Counted from the first letter of the stretch, positions 26,801 to 40,400 are shown. The stretch: DNA of 64,000 nucleotides from a virus (IMGVR_UViG_3300031992_000028), one strand, 5' to 3'. Program-made: numbers and translations. The notes: generated by a model not told the origin, from the letters alone.

Positions 26801-27551
26801 TAGACTTTATGATAATAAGCCTGGTTTATATGATAGAGTATATAATGTATTTTATACAAATCAAGGAACAGGTGACTTTACTTATTTAGATAATAGACTA
26901 AATTATATAACTGCAGAATATATTGAAAGCGACGGAAATCAATATATTGATACTGGTATTACCTGAGAAGCAAATAAAGCATTAGCATATGAGCTAACTC
27001 AACAATTTACTATAGCAACTGAAGATGTAGGATCTGGGCACCACAGATGCTTATTTGGAGAAACTGCTTCAGGAAACTTTAAAGTTGGAACAGCAGAAAC
27101 ATCTACTAAGGGAACTGAGACAGGCCACATATGTAAGGCAGTTTGGCCGGCAGCTGCAACAGTGACATCTCCAGCAACAGTTTCATATTATTTTGATAAT
27201 ATCTTAATTGGCGAAAATTATTATGAAGATGGCCATTATGATACTAGACCATATTTTCTATTTGCATGTCCAAGTTGGTCTGGAGATAATACTGGAAGAC
27301 CGCCTGCTTATTTTAGTACCACTAGAGTTTATGGGGCAAAGTTTTATAGAGACAGTACATTAGTTAGAGACTTTGTTCCAGTAATTAGAAAAATAGATAA
27401 TAAACCTGGCCTTTACGATAATATAGAGCACAAATTTTATGTTAATCAAGGCACGGGCAACTTTACTGCAATACCTAAAAAAGCATTGCCACTGGAAGAA
27501 ATACAAATATATGAAAATAAAACTTTAGTAAATAAGATTGGAGAAATGTAA
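23877..27551 (+). CDS. Receptor-binding protein with LamG/ConA-like domains and three ~190-aa repeats, 1224 aa
   Basis: MSLIFWFPLN, WYHITLVF, LNDIRIYDEALS, ADYRIYSTALS; repeats EYIESDGNQYIDTG...RDFVPV.R..DNKPGLYD...FY.NQGTG.F; many TGA=Trp. Confidence 0.8.
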
Positions 27552-27552
27552 T

Positions 27553-28224
27553 ATGGCACAACTAAATTCAACAATTATTAATGGAAATCTAGCAGTTGCT
27601 GAAGATGTAGCTATTGGTGGAAATCTTGTACTTGATAACAACTTAAGAGTCCCAGGAACAACAACAGTAACTGATTCTATTTTAATTTCTAAGACACTTG
27701 ATGCAGCAATCAATATTGGAATTGCTGTTAACCAAGATAATGACAATTACTTTTTACGTTGTAAAAATGGCGGGGTTGGAAAATTTTCAGTTGGAACTAC
27801 TGGGAATTTTTGAGCTGCTGGTACTGGCTCAATAAGTGGTAATATTGTAGTTACTGGAAATGCCAAAATTGGTGGAAGTAGTGGTGCAACTTTAAGCTAT
27901 GACTCATCAAAATCAAATCTTGAATCAAATAAGCAAATTAAGGCTCCATCATTTTATGCCACATCAGATATGCGCTTAAAAGAAAATATCATTGTGTATA
28001 AGCCAGAAAAATCAATCTTAGACTTGCCTATTTATAAATTTGATTTTATTGATGGACCTAAAAATAAAATTGGCTGTCTAGCTCAAGACTTACAAGAAAT
28101 ATGCCCAGAAATTGTGCAGGAAAGCAGTGATGGGTATCTAAGTATTGAAGAAAGCAAAATTGTATATTTACTGTTAGATGAAGTCAAAAAATTAAAAGCT
28201 GAGGTTGAAGCACTTAAAAAATAA
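27553..28224 (+). CDS. Short fibre with C-terminal peptidase S74-type intramolecular chaperone, 223 aa
   Basis: SDMRLKENI, IGCLAQDLQEICPEIV and a terminal coiled coil; joined over TGA 27811. Confidence 0.8.
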
Positions 28225-28240
28225 TTAAAAATAAATATAA

Positions 28241-28275
28241 AAAAGCTGTTTAAAATTAGACAGCTTTTTATTTTT
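28241..28275 (+). terminator. Intrinsic terminator
   Basis: aaaagctgtt/gacagctttt stem plus T-tract. Confidence 0.75.
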
Positions 28276-28300
28276 AACTTTTTGTTTTATAATAGTTATT

Positions 28301-28310
28301 TGCTAAATTA
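28301..28310 (+). promoter_or_regulatory. Putative late promoter TGCTAAATTA
   Basis: Motif copy upstream of the second fibre cassette. Confidence 0.7.
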
Positions 28311-28362
28311 TATGAGTTTTGAATTTCATCTCACCAATAATCTATAAAGGAGAGTAGTATAT

Positions 28363-30780
28363 ATGGCTATTACAGACTTTTATCAAAAACCAGGAACTAA
28401 CTATTATTTTATAAAAAGTGAGCTAGTTTCTGTTTTTCCTTGTGCTTATAGAGGCTCATTTAGTCAAGCTGGCACATCTACAACAACATTAAAAATATTT
28501 GATCCAGAAAGTAAGTTAAACACAGAAAAAAGCTTTTTAAAACTTTCAAATCTTAAACATAAAAGCTCTTATGTACTTAGTTGGCCAAAAAATGGTACTA
28601 CTGTTGGTGAGCTAGAATTTGTTATTGGTGGCTATTATTTTACTATTAAAAATCTTACAGAGATTCCAGAAGTCAGTGGAAACCCAATTAAATATATTGG
28701 AATTAGAGTTAAATCAGAAACACTTGTAGATACAACTCAAACAGAAGTGCTATCTAATCTTTTGAATGATGCTCAGCTTGCTGCTGGTTTAGATATTAGC
28801 CCAAATAATAATAACAATTATTTTTTCTCAGGCTTAGCTTTTAGTACTGCGCCTTTTGACGATACATATATTTCACTTGAACTTCCAGCAACCCCAGACG
28901 ACTTAAAAAATCACCAAGGAAGATTTGGCTTAAAATATAGTGATATTCAATCTAAAAAGAAAACTGAATGTATTTCTGGAAGCCTTGTTAATGGTGAAGA
29001 TAATGAGAATAATGAAGATATTCATACTATTGCCAGCTTATATAAAGATACAAATAATATAATTCAAAAAAATATAGCAAGCACTGAAAATGCTATTGCT
29101 CTTGGTATAAACACAACAGCTTCTGGTAAAGCATCTTATGCTGAAGGCATTGAGACTACTGCTGTAAGTGAAGCTTCACATGCTGAGGGCAAAGAAACAT
29201 GAGCAGGTAATAGTGCTGATTTAAATAATAGCAAATATGCTCATGCTGAAGGCTCATTAACCATTGCATCTGGAGCTGGGTCACATGCTGAAGGTGTTGG
29301 CGGAGCAATGTTTGATAATACAACTGTTAGTGGAGCTTATGGTATTGCTGCCCACTCAGAAGGGGCTCAAACACGTGCAGAAGGTAAAGCTGCTCATTCA
29401 GAGGGTCAAGAAACTGTTGCACACGGTAACTATTCTCATGCTGAAGGTCATCTAAATAGAGCAAATGGAGACTCTTCTCATAGTGAAGGAGAAAGTACCT
29501 TAGCTGATGGCAACAATGCCCACTCTGAGGGCCAATATACAAAAGCAAATGGTAAAGCAAGTCATGCTGAAGGTGGTGCAGAGGCTGTCTCATCTGGCGA
29601 CCAAACATATACAATAGCTAACTCTGATTTCTCACACGCTGAAGGTAAAGAAACAAGTGCAACTGGAGTTGGTTCACATACAGAAGGTATTTCTACGACT
29701 ACTAACGCACAAGCTGCACATGCTGAAGGTTACTGAACAACTGCTTCTAATGGAGCAGCTCATGCTGAAGGCGGCAGTACAATTGCTTCTGGCAGCGAGT
29801 CTCACGCTGAAGGAAGTGCCACAACTGCTGTTGGAGACCTTGGAGCACATGCTGAAGGTTTTATGACGATTGCCTTGGGGCAAGCTTCACATGCTGAAGG
29901 CTCTGGTCTAAGTACTACTAATGCTGTTACTTTTGGCACTATAGTTGGGACAATTGATGACGGAAATTCGCCTTATACATATAACTATACTGGAAATTTA
30001 GATACTAATGTTAAGGTTGGTTGTATCTTAGTTGTTACTATTGATAATAAAAAATATTATTTAAAAGTTACTAATATTGATTCTAGTAATTCACAAATTA
30101 GCTTTATTTCTTTAACCTCGCATTTTCCGGCAGGCACATTACAAAATGCTGCTCTAATGCGTGGAATCGCAGCAGGTAATAATTCACATGCAGAGGGCAA
30201 AAATGTAACTGCTTCTGGTGACGAGTCTCACGCTGAAGGTAAAAGCACTAAAGCTTCTGGTGAAGCTTCTCATGCTGAGGGCAATGAAACAACTGCTTCT
30301 GGCCAATATTCTCATACCGAAGGTTGAAGAACAACTGCCTCTGGCGGATATGGTTCTCATGCTGAAGGTGATACTACAACTGCTTCTGGAGGGGCTTCAC
30401 ATACTGAAGGTGATCACACGACAGCTTCTGGTGAAAGCTCTCATGCTGAAGGCTTCAATACAACTGCTTCTGGCTGGTATTCTCATGCTGAAGGCTATGG
30501 AACTACTGCTGAGAGCGCTTACCAACATGTTTTTGGACGACATAATATTGTAGACAATACTGGCGGTGGTCCAAGCTCTGGTAGCTATGTTGAAATTGTT
30601 GGTAATGGTTCATCTAGCAATGCTCCATCAAATGCACGTACTTTAGATTGGTCTGGTAATGAAACATTAGCCGGAGACTTATCTTTTAGAAAAGGTAATA
30701 CAAACGATACCACTAAATCAAAAGCTACTATTCACTATGACGATACTTATAAAATAATGCAATTTATTTTTGAAGACTAA
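28363..30780 (+). CDS. Tail fibre 2 with 14-aa SHAEG (YadA-head-like beta-roll) repeats, 805 aa
   Basis: Fragments fuse via three TGA; more than 20 TxASGxxSHAEG repeats; EIVGNG...SNARTLDWSGN neck motif. Confidence 0.8.
29113..30510 (+). repeat. Degenerate 42-bp coding tandem repeat (SHAEG units), interrupted at about 29905-30160
   Basis: Recurrent tctcatgctgaagg-like unit at 42-nt spacing. Confidence 0.85.
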
Positions 30781-30807
30781 TTATATAAAAAAGGAAAGGC
30801 AATTTTA

Positions 30808-33800
30808 ATGGCTTTATTACATAGATGAACATTAGATAATACGCTAAAAGACAGCGCTGGAAAGCTTAATCTAAAAAATTGGCACTCTGCTAATTTTGAT
30901 ACTGGTAAAACAACTCGTTATGCCGGTAAGACCACTAAAGGAACTACTGATAATACAGAAAAGAATTTCTACGCTTCTGTTGATTTTACCACTGTTACAA
31001 CTAGTTTATCAGTAAGTCTTTGAGCCTATATTGATAATACCGATACTACTAATATTTATAGTAGTCCATTTTTAATTGGCGGTTGAAATGCATGAAGCTG
31101 AACAGATGTTAATTTTGGCATAGTATATAAACACTCCGAAAATAAATTAATCTTTAATATTGGGAATGGTTCACAGTATACTTGTACTGAGCTATCTACT
31201 ACGCTAAAAAGACGCTGCTGATATCATATTGCTGCTGTCTATAATTATGGTAAAAGTATTGCCTTATATGTAAATGGACAAAAAGCTGAAGAAAAACCAA
31301 CTACAGTTATTCCTAGTTTAACTGGATATTATTGTGTAGGCGGTAATAATGCAACACAATATGCTTTTAGTGGGCTAATAAATGATGTTAGATTTTATAA
31401 TCATGCATTAACTGATAATGAAATTAAAGAATTAGCACAGGGGTCAGTTTTACATTATAATTTTAATTTCGAGGAACTATATCAGCCAATAGAATATATT
31501 GAAAGCACTGGAACACAGTGAATTGATACAAACTACTACCCTAAGCTTAATAAAACAAAAGTAATTGCTGATGCTGAAAAAGCTATTAGTTTTTCTATTT
31601 TTGGGTCTGGCCAAGCAGATTTTACATTTACTGGTGGTGGCCAAGACGGTGAACACTATGAACACTATGCATATTATAACAATAAGGCTGCTTTATTTAC
31701 AGGAACAACCTTTACTGATCGTCACTTATATATATTAGACAAAAACAAAGTATATATTGATGATGCTAATTATGGAGAAAGGACGTTAGCTACTGGAACC
31801 TGTAAAAATACTCTTGCTATTTTTGGTAGAAAAAATAATGGATCAGCTAATGATCTTGGACCACATAAGCTTTATGGTTTAAAAATTTATGAAGATGATA
31901 TACTTATTAAAGATTTTATCCCAGTTATTAGAAAATCAGACTTAAAACCTGGACTCTTTGATTTAGTTAATTATGAATTCTATACTAATAGGGGTTCAGG
32001 GGAATTTTTATGCCCATCAAATATAAATAAACTTCTTAATACTGAATATAAATTTTTAGATTATGTAGAAAGTGTTGGTTATTTAGGTGGTTTTATAAAC
32101 ACTGGTTTTAAACCAAATCAAAATAGTGGCATTGAAATTCAATTTGCTAATACATCAAACTCAAATAATCATTCAAAAATTTGTGGCGGTGGTGGTGAGT
32201 CATACCAAGACAGAGCATTTGAAATCTATACATGAAATGAACAATTACAATTTAATTATGGCAACAGTGCCTTATATTTAGGAAGTATGCCAGAGCCTGG
32301 AACAATTATTACGGCTTGACAAAAGAAGACCGAAGCTGGTTATTCTTATTCTAATGGCTCACAAACATATACAGGAACTCATACAGCTAATTCTTTTACA
32401 GCACCAAGAGAGCTATGCATTGGAACATTAAATCGTACTGCCTCTGGCTCTTGGGCCAATTTTACTACAACGAATACTGGGTCTACAAAGTTTTATTATT
32501 GTAAAATTTGGGACAATGATAAATTAATTAGACATTATTTACCAGCAAAAAGAGTTTGTGATGATAAAGTTGGCTTCTTTGATTTAGTAAATAATATATT
32601 TGTTGATGTAGTTGGCACTTTTATAGAGCCTGGAATTCCAGATGAGTACAAAGAAGTTGAATATTTGCAGTCTTCTGGAACACAATATATTAATACTCTT
32701 ATTACTTCATCAGAAAAAATTGGGCTTGTAGTTGAAGCTGCAGTAACAGCTAATAGTACTGGTGAATTACAAAATTATATTTTTGGATCACAGCAAGCAG
32801 ACGCAAATATAAATTGATATTCTTACTGCACTGTAAAACTAACTACTAATGGCGTGGTTGGTTGTGAATGAAGCGATGATGGACGAGCTACTTCTGACCA
32901 TAATATTAGTTATCAGGTCTCTACAAATACTAAATATAAAATTAGTTTTAATTTTATTGCTGGCGAATTTTGAATTGGAAATAATAAACTAAAAACTGGT
33001 ATCACCCTATGTGATTGTAAATTTCCACTTTATTTATTTGGAGATAATTTACTCGGTAATTTCGCTCGCAGTGGCTCAATTAGAATATATCAAGCTAAAA
33101 TTTATAATGATATGGCCTTAGTACGTGATTTTGTTCCATGCATTAGAAAATCAGATAATAAGCCGGGAATGTATGACCGAATAACACAAGCATTTTTTAC
33201 TAATAGTGGCACAGGTGAATTTACTTTTCCAGCATCAAATAATAATGATTATGTCTCAAAAAATATAAAAATTAATTTTAGACCAATTCCTTATATTGAA
33301 AGTACTAGAATACAATATATTGATACTGGTATTGAAATAACTGACAAACTTGAGACACAGCTAGACTTTGCCTTTAGCTCATATGATAATAATGAAAGAT
33401 ATGTTTTTGGATTTGATAGCCCTACAGTAATTGGAATGATTAATGGAGCTGGCCGTATCTATGAATTTGGAGAAGAAAGGTATAGTTGGCCGCTTGATAC
33501 TAATAGACATACTGCAATAGTTGGTAAAAATATAGTTTTTGATGGTAGTGTTATTGATGAAAATATTGAAGGCTGAGCAACAGGAAAAAATGGCTTTTTG
33601 TTTTGTGCTAACACAGTTAATGGGGTCAACTATTTTTCAAATACAAAATTATATAGTTGTAAAATTTGAAATGATGGCACATTAGTAAGAGACTTTATTC
33701 CTGTAATCAATACACAAACAAATAGACCAGGTCTTTATGATCTTGTAAATCATAACTTCTATGCTAATCAAGGTACAGGTGAATTTAATGCTCCAGAATT

Positions 33801-36360
33801 ATATTTGCCAATAGAATATATTGAATCTTGCAAAAACTATCGAGTTAAACCATATATAGACACTGGTATTTCAGCAGCTGATACAATTACAAGGATAGAA
33901 GCGCACATAAATAAAACTAATAATGGTGGATCAACTACTGATAATGGTATTTTATTTGGGCTATTTGATGCCCCTGCATTATTTTACTTAGACCAAGATA
34001 TTAATACAACAACACATAGAATGAATATTGATTATACCAATAGTAGTGCCTTACAATTAACTTCTTCTATAGCTAATGCCTCTGGAGATAAAGTCTTTGT
34101 TTATACACGCTCTGGTAACACACATAGCTTTTCTGTAAATAATGAAACACCAAGTACTGGTAGTAGAGCAACAAATTGAAGCTCAACTAAACATCATTAT
34201 CTATTTGCTTATAACAATAACGGCACGGCCGGCTGCTTTTATAACTGCAAATTATATAGTTTTAAAATTTGAGTAAATAATATAATTGCGCGAGACTTTG
34301 TTCCAGTTTTAAGAATTTATGATGGTAAACCTGGATTATTTGATAAAGTCGAGAATAAATTTTATACTAATGCTGGAACCGGTGAATTTAGATATGCTAA
34401 TTCTTTTGGGGGTGGAAGAAATAGCTGAGATAATTACTCTGGCTCATATTCATCTGACTCAGATGATTGAACATTTTCTAAGTATGAACCTGGCGGCTGA
34501 GAATGAGATGAATGTAGTGAAGACTTCCCATTAGCAGGAACAGGCATACTAAGTACAACTGCATACTCCAAATGTGCTGTAAGTATTTCAGCAGGTTGCT
34601 CACGAATGATGGTTGGGGTTGCTCCAATTGGCTACTCCTTCAGATATGAGCAAGGCTATTTCTTATACCCAGATAGGAATAATCGACTATGCTTATACTT
34701 ACGAGGCACAAATTCTACACAATTATTGCCAGAAGATCACAAAACATGAACTTCTGGCGATAGACTTAGAGTTTCGTATGATGGTGAAGCTATTTACTTC
34801 TATCATAATGATGTACAGGTTTATAAATTATCATCTGGAATAATAAAAGGTCCAGATAATAAAATGTTTATTAATATTACTGACTGGAATGAGTCTGACC
34901 CACCTGGCGGATGTTTTAATATTGCTTTTAATGCCTTACCTGATTTATCAAATAAAAAAGTAATTTATTGAGATGCTAGTGGTTATGAAAATCCTATTTA
35001 TGAAAATGATGCCGATGAACTAACTGAATGCGAAACTTTATCTGTTACTACAAGTGGAGATACTGCACTTGGAAATCAAAGCTTAATATTTGATGGAATG
35101 AATCACCTTAAAAGTAGCTTAGATAGCTCATTTATTACAGATAAACTTACAACAAATATTTGAGTTTATAAAAATGATTGAAGCAATACTGTTAGTGAAC
35201 AAATTATAGCTTGCTCAAAAGATAATACAACTGGAGCAACCCATAATGGTTGAAACTTTGCTATTGGTTCCAATTCAGCAAGCGAAACAGGAACTGGCAC
35301 ATATTTAAAATTTGTGGTTGATGCAGGAGCCGCTCATGCACGAGCAGCAAAACTAAACGTATCTAGCTTAACATCAGGTTGACATATGTTTACAGGAACA
35401 TATGATTCTTTTATGGGCACAGGTCATACAACAGGAAATTCATATGTTAAATTATATATTGATGGAAATCTTGCCGATACTGATGTAATATCAAGCGCTC
35501 CAGCAATGCCAATTAACTATGTTTCATCACATAATGTAACTATTGGTGCTAGATATAATAGAACTAATGATACAGTTGCTGATTACTTTAATGGAAAAAT
35601 TGCAGATATTAAAATTTGGGCAACAACATTAAGTGATGAAGATATTGAAAACTTATATAAAGTAAAAGCAGCTATAGATGAAAATTACACTTTAACTTGT
35701 AATACATATATAGATGCAATAGAAAATACTTTTACACCAACTAATATAACCTTTAACAGTCTTAATACTAATGAAGCTATTCCAGGAATATACTATGATG
35801 TGCAACGAACTTCTAATTATCAATATAGTGGAATAAGTATTGATAATAGCAGTAACTTTATAATTAATCATTGATATAAACTTAGTTTTAATATTAAAAG
35901 TGCAACAGATAACAAAGCTGCCGATTATGTTAGAGGACACTGCATGTACGGGTTTGATAATGATAATTCTGAAATCTTCATTGATGGACATTATATTGGG
36001 AAAAAATGACACATTGGTAGCGCATTGATTCCAGATCAACGAACTGAATGGGATGCTGTCGGTGCTTCTTGACGCCATTATGATGTATATCTAAAATGTA
36101 CCAAAAATACTGACCCAAATGGTGCAAACCTTTATATTCAGCCAGACAGGTCAGTTAGTGGTACAGGAAGACATGTAATAATAACAAATATTACACTTAC
36201 TGACTATGGACTAAATAAACCAGAAGTGCTAAATACACATGCAATAGATTTTGTTAATAAGGCATCAGTAATAAAAGGTAATAATATATTAGAAAATTCT
36301 AGCTTAGTTGGTGTCAGTAAAAATAATACAATCTTAGTAAATAACATTCATGAAGATTAA
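30808..36360 (+). CDS. Receptor-binding protein 2 with LamG domains and five ~190-aa repeats, 1850 aa
   Basis: MALLHRWTLD, WYHIAAVYN (W=TGA), INDVRFYNHALT, ADIKIWATTLS; same repeat as in 23877; largely invisible in code 11. Confidence 0.8.
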
Positions 36361-36367
36361 TCACTAT

Positions 36368-36402
36368 AAAAGACTTAGCTATTTAAAAAGCTAAGTCTTT
36401 TT
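36368..36402 (+). terminator. Intrinsic terminator
   Basis: aaaagacttagct/agctaagtctttt stem. Confidence 0.8.
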
Positions 36403-36436
36403 ATCTAGCTATTATATTCTTTTAATTATGAACTTT

Positions 36437-36446
36437 TGCTAAATTA
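36437..36446 (+). promoter_or_regulatory. Putative late promoter TGCTAAATTA
   Basis: Motif copy after a terminator. Confidence 0.7.
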
Positions 36447-36491
36447 TACGAGACTTAAAATAAAAATTATAAATTAAGGAGAATAAACTTT

Positions 36492-36914
36492 ATGGCAACA
36501 TTAAATTCTACACTTGTTAATGGAGACCTTACAGTCACTGGAACAATAGCTGCAGCTGGCTATAGCACAATTTCTGACCGCACTTTAAAGGAAAATATTA
36601 GAGCTTTTAAACCAGAAGCAACTATTTTAGATTTGCCAATTTATAAGTTTGATTATATAGCAGATAATAGACCTAAAAATCAAATTGGCTGTATTGCTCA
36701 AGATTTATTAGAGTTGTTTCCTGAACTTGTTGTTACAAATCAAGATGGAACCCTTGCTATTAAAGAAGCTAAATTAGTTTATCCGATATTAATTGAACTT
36801 AAAAAAACTAAAATAGAGCTTGATAACTTAAATAGTGAATTTTCAATTTTAAAGAAAGAATTTGAAGATTTAAAGAGACAAGTTAATGGTGAACCAAAAG
36901 AAATTTTAGAATAA
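36492..36914 (+). CDS. Minimal peptidase S74-type chaperone domain protein, 140 aa
   Basis: MATLNSTLVNGDL...SDRTLKENI...IGCIAQDL; paralogue of 27553. Confidence 0.8.
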   Translation: MATLNSTLVNGDLTVTGTIAAAGYSTISDRTLKENIRAFKPEATILDLPIYKFDYIADNRPKNQIGCIAQDLLELFPELVVTNQDGTLAIKEAKLVYPILIELKKTKIELDNLNSEFSILKKEFEDLKRQVNGEPKEILE

Positions 36915-36928
36915 TTATATTAAATATT

Positions 36929-36957
36929 AAGAGGTGCTTAAAATAAGCATCTTTTTT
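36929..36957 (+). terminator. Intrinsic terminator
   Basis: aagaggtgctta/taagcatctt stem plus T-tract. Confidence 0.7.
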
Positions 36958-36975
36958 ATTGTATAATAATTATAT

Positions 36976-37341
36976 ATGAAATGGGAACAATTTTTTACTA
37001 AATTTGCTGATGCTTTCAAAATTCCAGAGACATTAGATGAAGCGACTGAGTATATCAATCAAAATCCTGGTATACAGACATTTATTGAAGAAATGTCATT
37101 TAGACAGGTAGTTATTAATATTTTAGTTGCTGCAAATATTATTACAGAAAAAGATTTTAATAAATCTGTTGAGCATTTTAAAAAAGTATTTACAAAACAA
37201 TATGCTCAAGAATTACTTTCAAAAATTGAGGAATTCAAAGAAAGCTATGATTCAGACGAAGACTTATCTGATTTATTTGATGACCTTGATGAGGAAGACG
37301 ATACAGACGACCCAGATACCCCTCCTCACTATGATGCTTAA
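36976..37341 (+). CDS. Hypothetical protein with acidic tail, 121 aa (probably leaderless mRNA)
   Basis: TATAAT at 36962-36967, ATG 8 nt later, no SD. Confidence 0.7.
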   Translation: MKWEQFFTKFADAFKIPETLDEATEYINQNPGIQTFIEEMSFRQVVINILVAANIITEKDFNKSVEHFKKVFTKQYAQELLSKIEEFKESYDSDEDLSDLFDDLDEEDDTDDPDTPPHYDA

Positions 37342-37357
37342 TAATAAATAAAACTCT

Positions 37358-37384
37358 AAAGGAACTTAAATAAGTTCTTTTTTT
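37358..37384 (+). terminator. Intrinsic terminator
   Basis: aaaggaactta/taagttcttt stem plus T-tract. Confidence 0.7.
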
Positions 37385-37399
37385 ATTCTTTTTTAAATT

Positions 37400-37409
37400 T
37401 GCTAAATTA
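37400..37409 (+). promoter_or_regulatory. Putative late promoter TGCTAAATTA
   Basis: Motif copy after a terminator. Confidence 0.7.
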
Positions 37410-37443
37410 TTTGATGATTTGATTTAAAGGAGAATAAATCGAA

Positions 37444-40400
37444 ATGACAGAATTTAAATATTGTATTTACTGTGGAACTGACCCTGAGCCAGTTTGTTTT
37501 GGCGCAGAAGCAGATGCTATGAAATTTGCTCGTGAAGAAACAAACACATGCAGTTCAGTTCGTGTTGAAAAAACAGAAATAGATGAAGATGGTAGTATTC
37601 TTAATAGCGAAGTTATTTGAGAAGCTAGTAATACTAACCCAGAAAACTTTGTAGCAGAAGACAACCCTTTTAAAACAGAATTTCCTAAATCTGATATTGA
37701 AGAAGTTGAAATCTCTGATGATGCTATGTATGATGAGATTGCTAAACAATATGAAGAAGGTTCAGAATGGCCAGCTGACGCAGATGAACCTGGTAGAGCA
37801 AGACCTGATTGGAAAAAGATTAAAGAAGCTATGGAAGATAATGAATCTGAAGTAGAATGTAAATGCTGTTTTGATTTATTCCCAAAAGAAACTTGTATTA
37901 AAACTGAAGATGGTTATATTTGTAAAAAATGTAATCAAGAGCTTCATTCACATCAAGGAACTAATTTAGATTTAATTGATGCAGACCCATTTGATTTATC
38001 TTATGATGATCCAAGAGACCCTGAAGAAGAGGAAGAGCCTGAAATTAAAGATGAACCTTTAGATGCTAATGAAGTTAGAAAACATGAAGCTGGTATTGAA
38101 GAAACACTTGAAGAGCATATCAATGATAGACCAGCTGATATTGAAAGTGAACAAGAATATCAAGGCGTTGACAATGCAGTTGTTGATTGCCCAGTTGCTA
38201 CAATAATTGCTCATAGTGAAGATGAAAAACCTCTTGACTGCGAAATGAAAAAACCAGCTCTTGAAGAGCCTTTAGCTGGTAAAGATGTTGATATTAAAGT
38301 TAATGAAGATTTGTCTGAAGAAGAGACAAAAGAATTAGATAAAGAAATTGAAACTTTAGAAGAAGAATTAAAAGTTATTGTTGACTTTAGTGATTATAAA
38401 CCATGGTCTGGTGCAGTTGATACCTATGACTTAATTAGAGATGCAGATAAATTAGATGACCTTGAAGCATATCTTGAAGAATGTTACCCAGATGGAATTA
38501 CTGCTACACAAATTAATGATATTCTTTGGTTTGATGGCGACCAAGTTTTAAGTTATCTTGGACTTGGCGATGCTGAAGATGAAGATGAAATTGATGAAAG
38601 CTTAAAAGAAGAAGCTAAAGATAATAAGATTAAACTTTATGGCTGTGATTTACCAAATACTTTATTAGACGATGATGAATGAATTATCATTGATGAAAAA
38701 GATAGAGACTTAGCCATTGAATTAGATAATAAAGTTGGTGAAATATTACAAGCGCAAGTTGATGAAAAAGGTGAACTAGACCCTGATTTCTATAACGTAG
38801 AAGAATTTGAAAAACTAGCAGATGAAGCCGGGCTAGAGTGGGAATTTGGTGCCACAAATCTTCAAACAGAAAATTTAGAAGAAGCCAAAAAAGATGATGA
38901 ATTACCAGTTGATCCAGAAGCTGCTAAACTCGAAGTTCATACTATGTTAAATGATTTAGTGGCCGATGAGATTGAAGCTATTAATGGTTATGAAGAAGCA
39001 AAGAAAGAAATTCTTGATGCACCAATTAATCACAAAGATGCTATTCTTGATACTGTTGATCATATTGAAGATGAAGAAAAAGAGCATGTTGATGAATTAA
39101 TTGATGCTACTACTGAAATTCCTTTTGATAAAGAAGAAGCTCCAGCTCCAGTAGTTGAAGAGCCAGTTGTTGAAGAGCCAGTTGTTGAAGAGCCTGTGGT
39201 TGAAGAGCCGGTTGTTGAAGAGGGCTTTGAAGACCAAAGAGCAAAAACTAAAAAATTTGCCGATGAGGTTAATGCAAAGAAATCGTGGAAAGTTTCAGAA
39301 CTTAAAGAATTAGCTGCTAAATATACTGTTCCACAAGTTGACTATGATTATATTACACTACACTATAATGGTGCAATCATCAATGAAAATTTAAATGAAG
39401 ACCCATTTGATCAAAGCTTCCCAGAAGTTGAAGAAAAGCTAGAAGAAAGAGCAATGGCTGACACCCCATTTGATAGTGATGTTAAAGTTGGTGACAAAAT
39501 TAGAATTGTTCATTTAGAAGGTGAAGATAATTCTTATGACGGTAAAGAAGGCGAAGTTGAACATATCGATTCTATTGGACAACTTCACGGAACTTGAGGC
39601 GGACTTGCTATTATTCCAGGCGTTGATGATTTTGATATTATTACAGAAGGCTTGACTGAACCTAAATATGACATATTTGATGACGGTCAACAAATTGGTC
39701 AAATAGAAGCTGCAGATGAAGAAGATGCTGTTAACCAATGTTATAATGGCGCTTTTGGAAGAAGCTCATCTGATAATTTATTTACAGCAGAATTAGCTGA
39801 AGAAAGTTTAACAGAAGCTAAAGCTAAACCAGAAGCTGATAAAGTTCAATGTTATAATGATGGCTTAAAGTTAGCAAAAGCATATAATAAGCCTGTTATT
39901 TATGGTTATACAAATAGTTCCTATGATGGTAAATTCTTCAAACTAGATGACCCAATTATTTGTGACAATGTTAGTGATGAAACTAAGAAATTTAAACAAC
40001 AATATAAGAGCTGTAATGTTGCTTATGTTGCATACCCAAGTGGTCAATTAGTTGAAAGCTTACTTGAAGATACTAATTCAAATGAGCATGAAACTTTTAC
40101 TGCTGAAGAGCAAGAAGAGTATAACTGTGATGAAGATGGTAACTGCTTAGATAGCTATGATACATTACACCACTGTGGCTGGTGTGGTGATGTCTTTACT
40201 GAATATGAAATGAGACATGAAGCTGACTTTGGTTGGATTTGTTCTAGATGCGAAGACGAATTAAAATCACATGGTGGCCCATTAACATTTATTGAAAATG
40301 AAGGGCTTAGTGAATTAACTGAAGCTAAACGTAAAGCTACTCCAAAACTAGATATTGTTTCAGTTGACGAATCTGTACAAGAGTCAGATGATCATGATCC

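Noticed and set aside
29113-30510. CRISPR array
   Set aside because: Repeats are in-frame 14-aa protein repeats with synonymous variation; no cas genes and no identical repeats with unique spacers.
23877-36360. Diversity-generating retroelement acting on the fibres
   Set aside because: No reverse transcriptase seen, and no near-identical repeat pair differing only at adenines.
13035-39651. TGA as Gly (code 25) or selenocysteine
   Set aside because: Motif contexts (FWW, WYH, HGTWGG) require Trp, and the TGAs are not at Cys-type catalytic positions.
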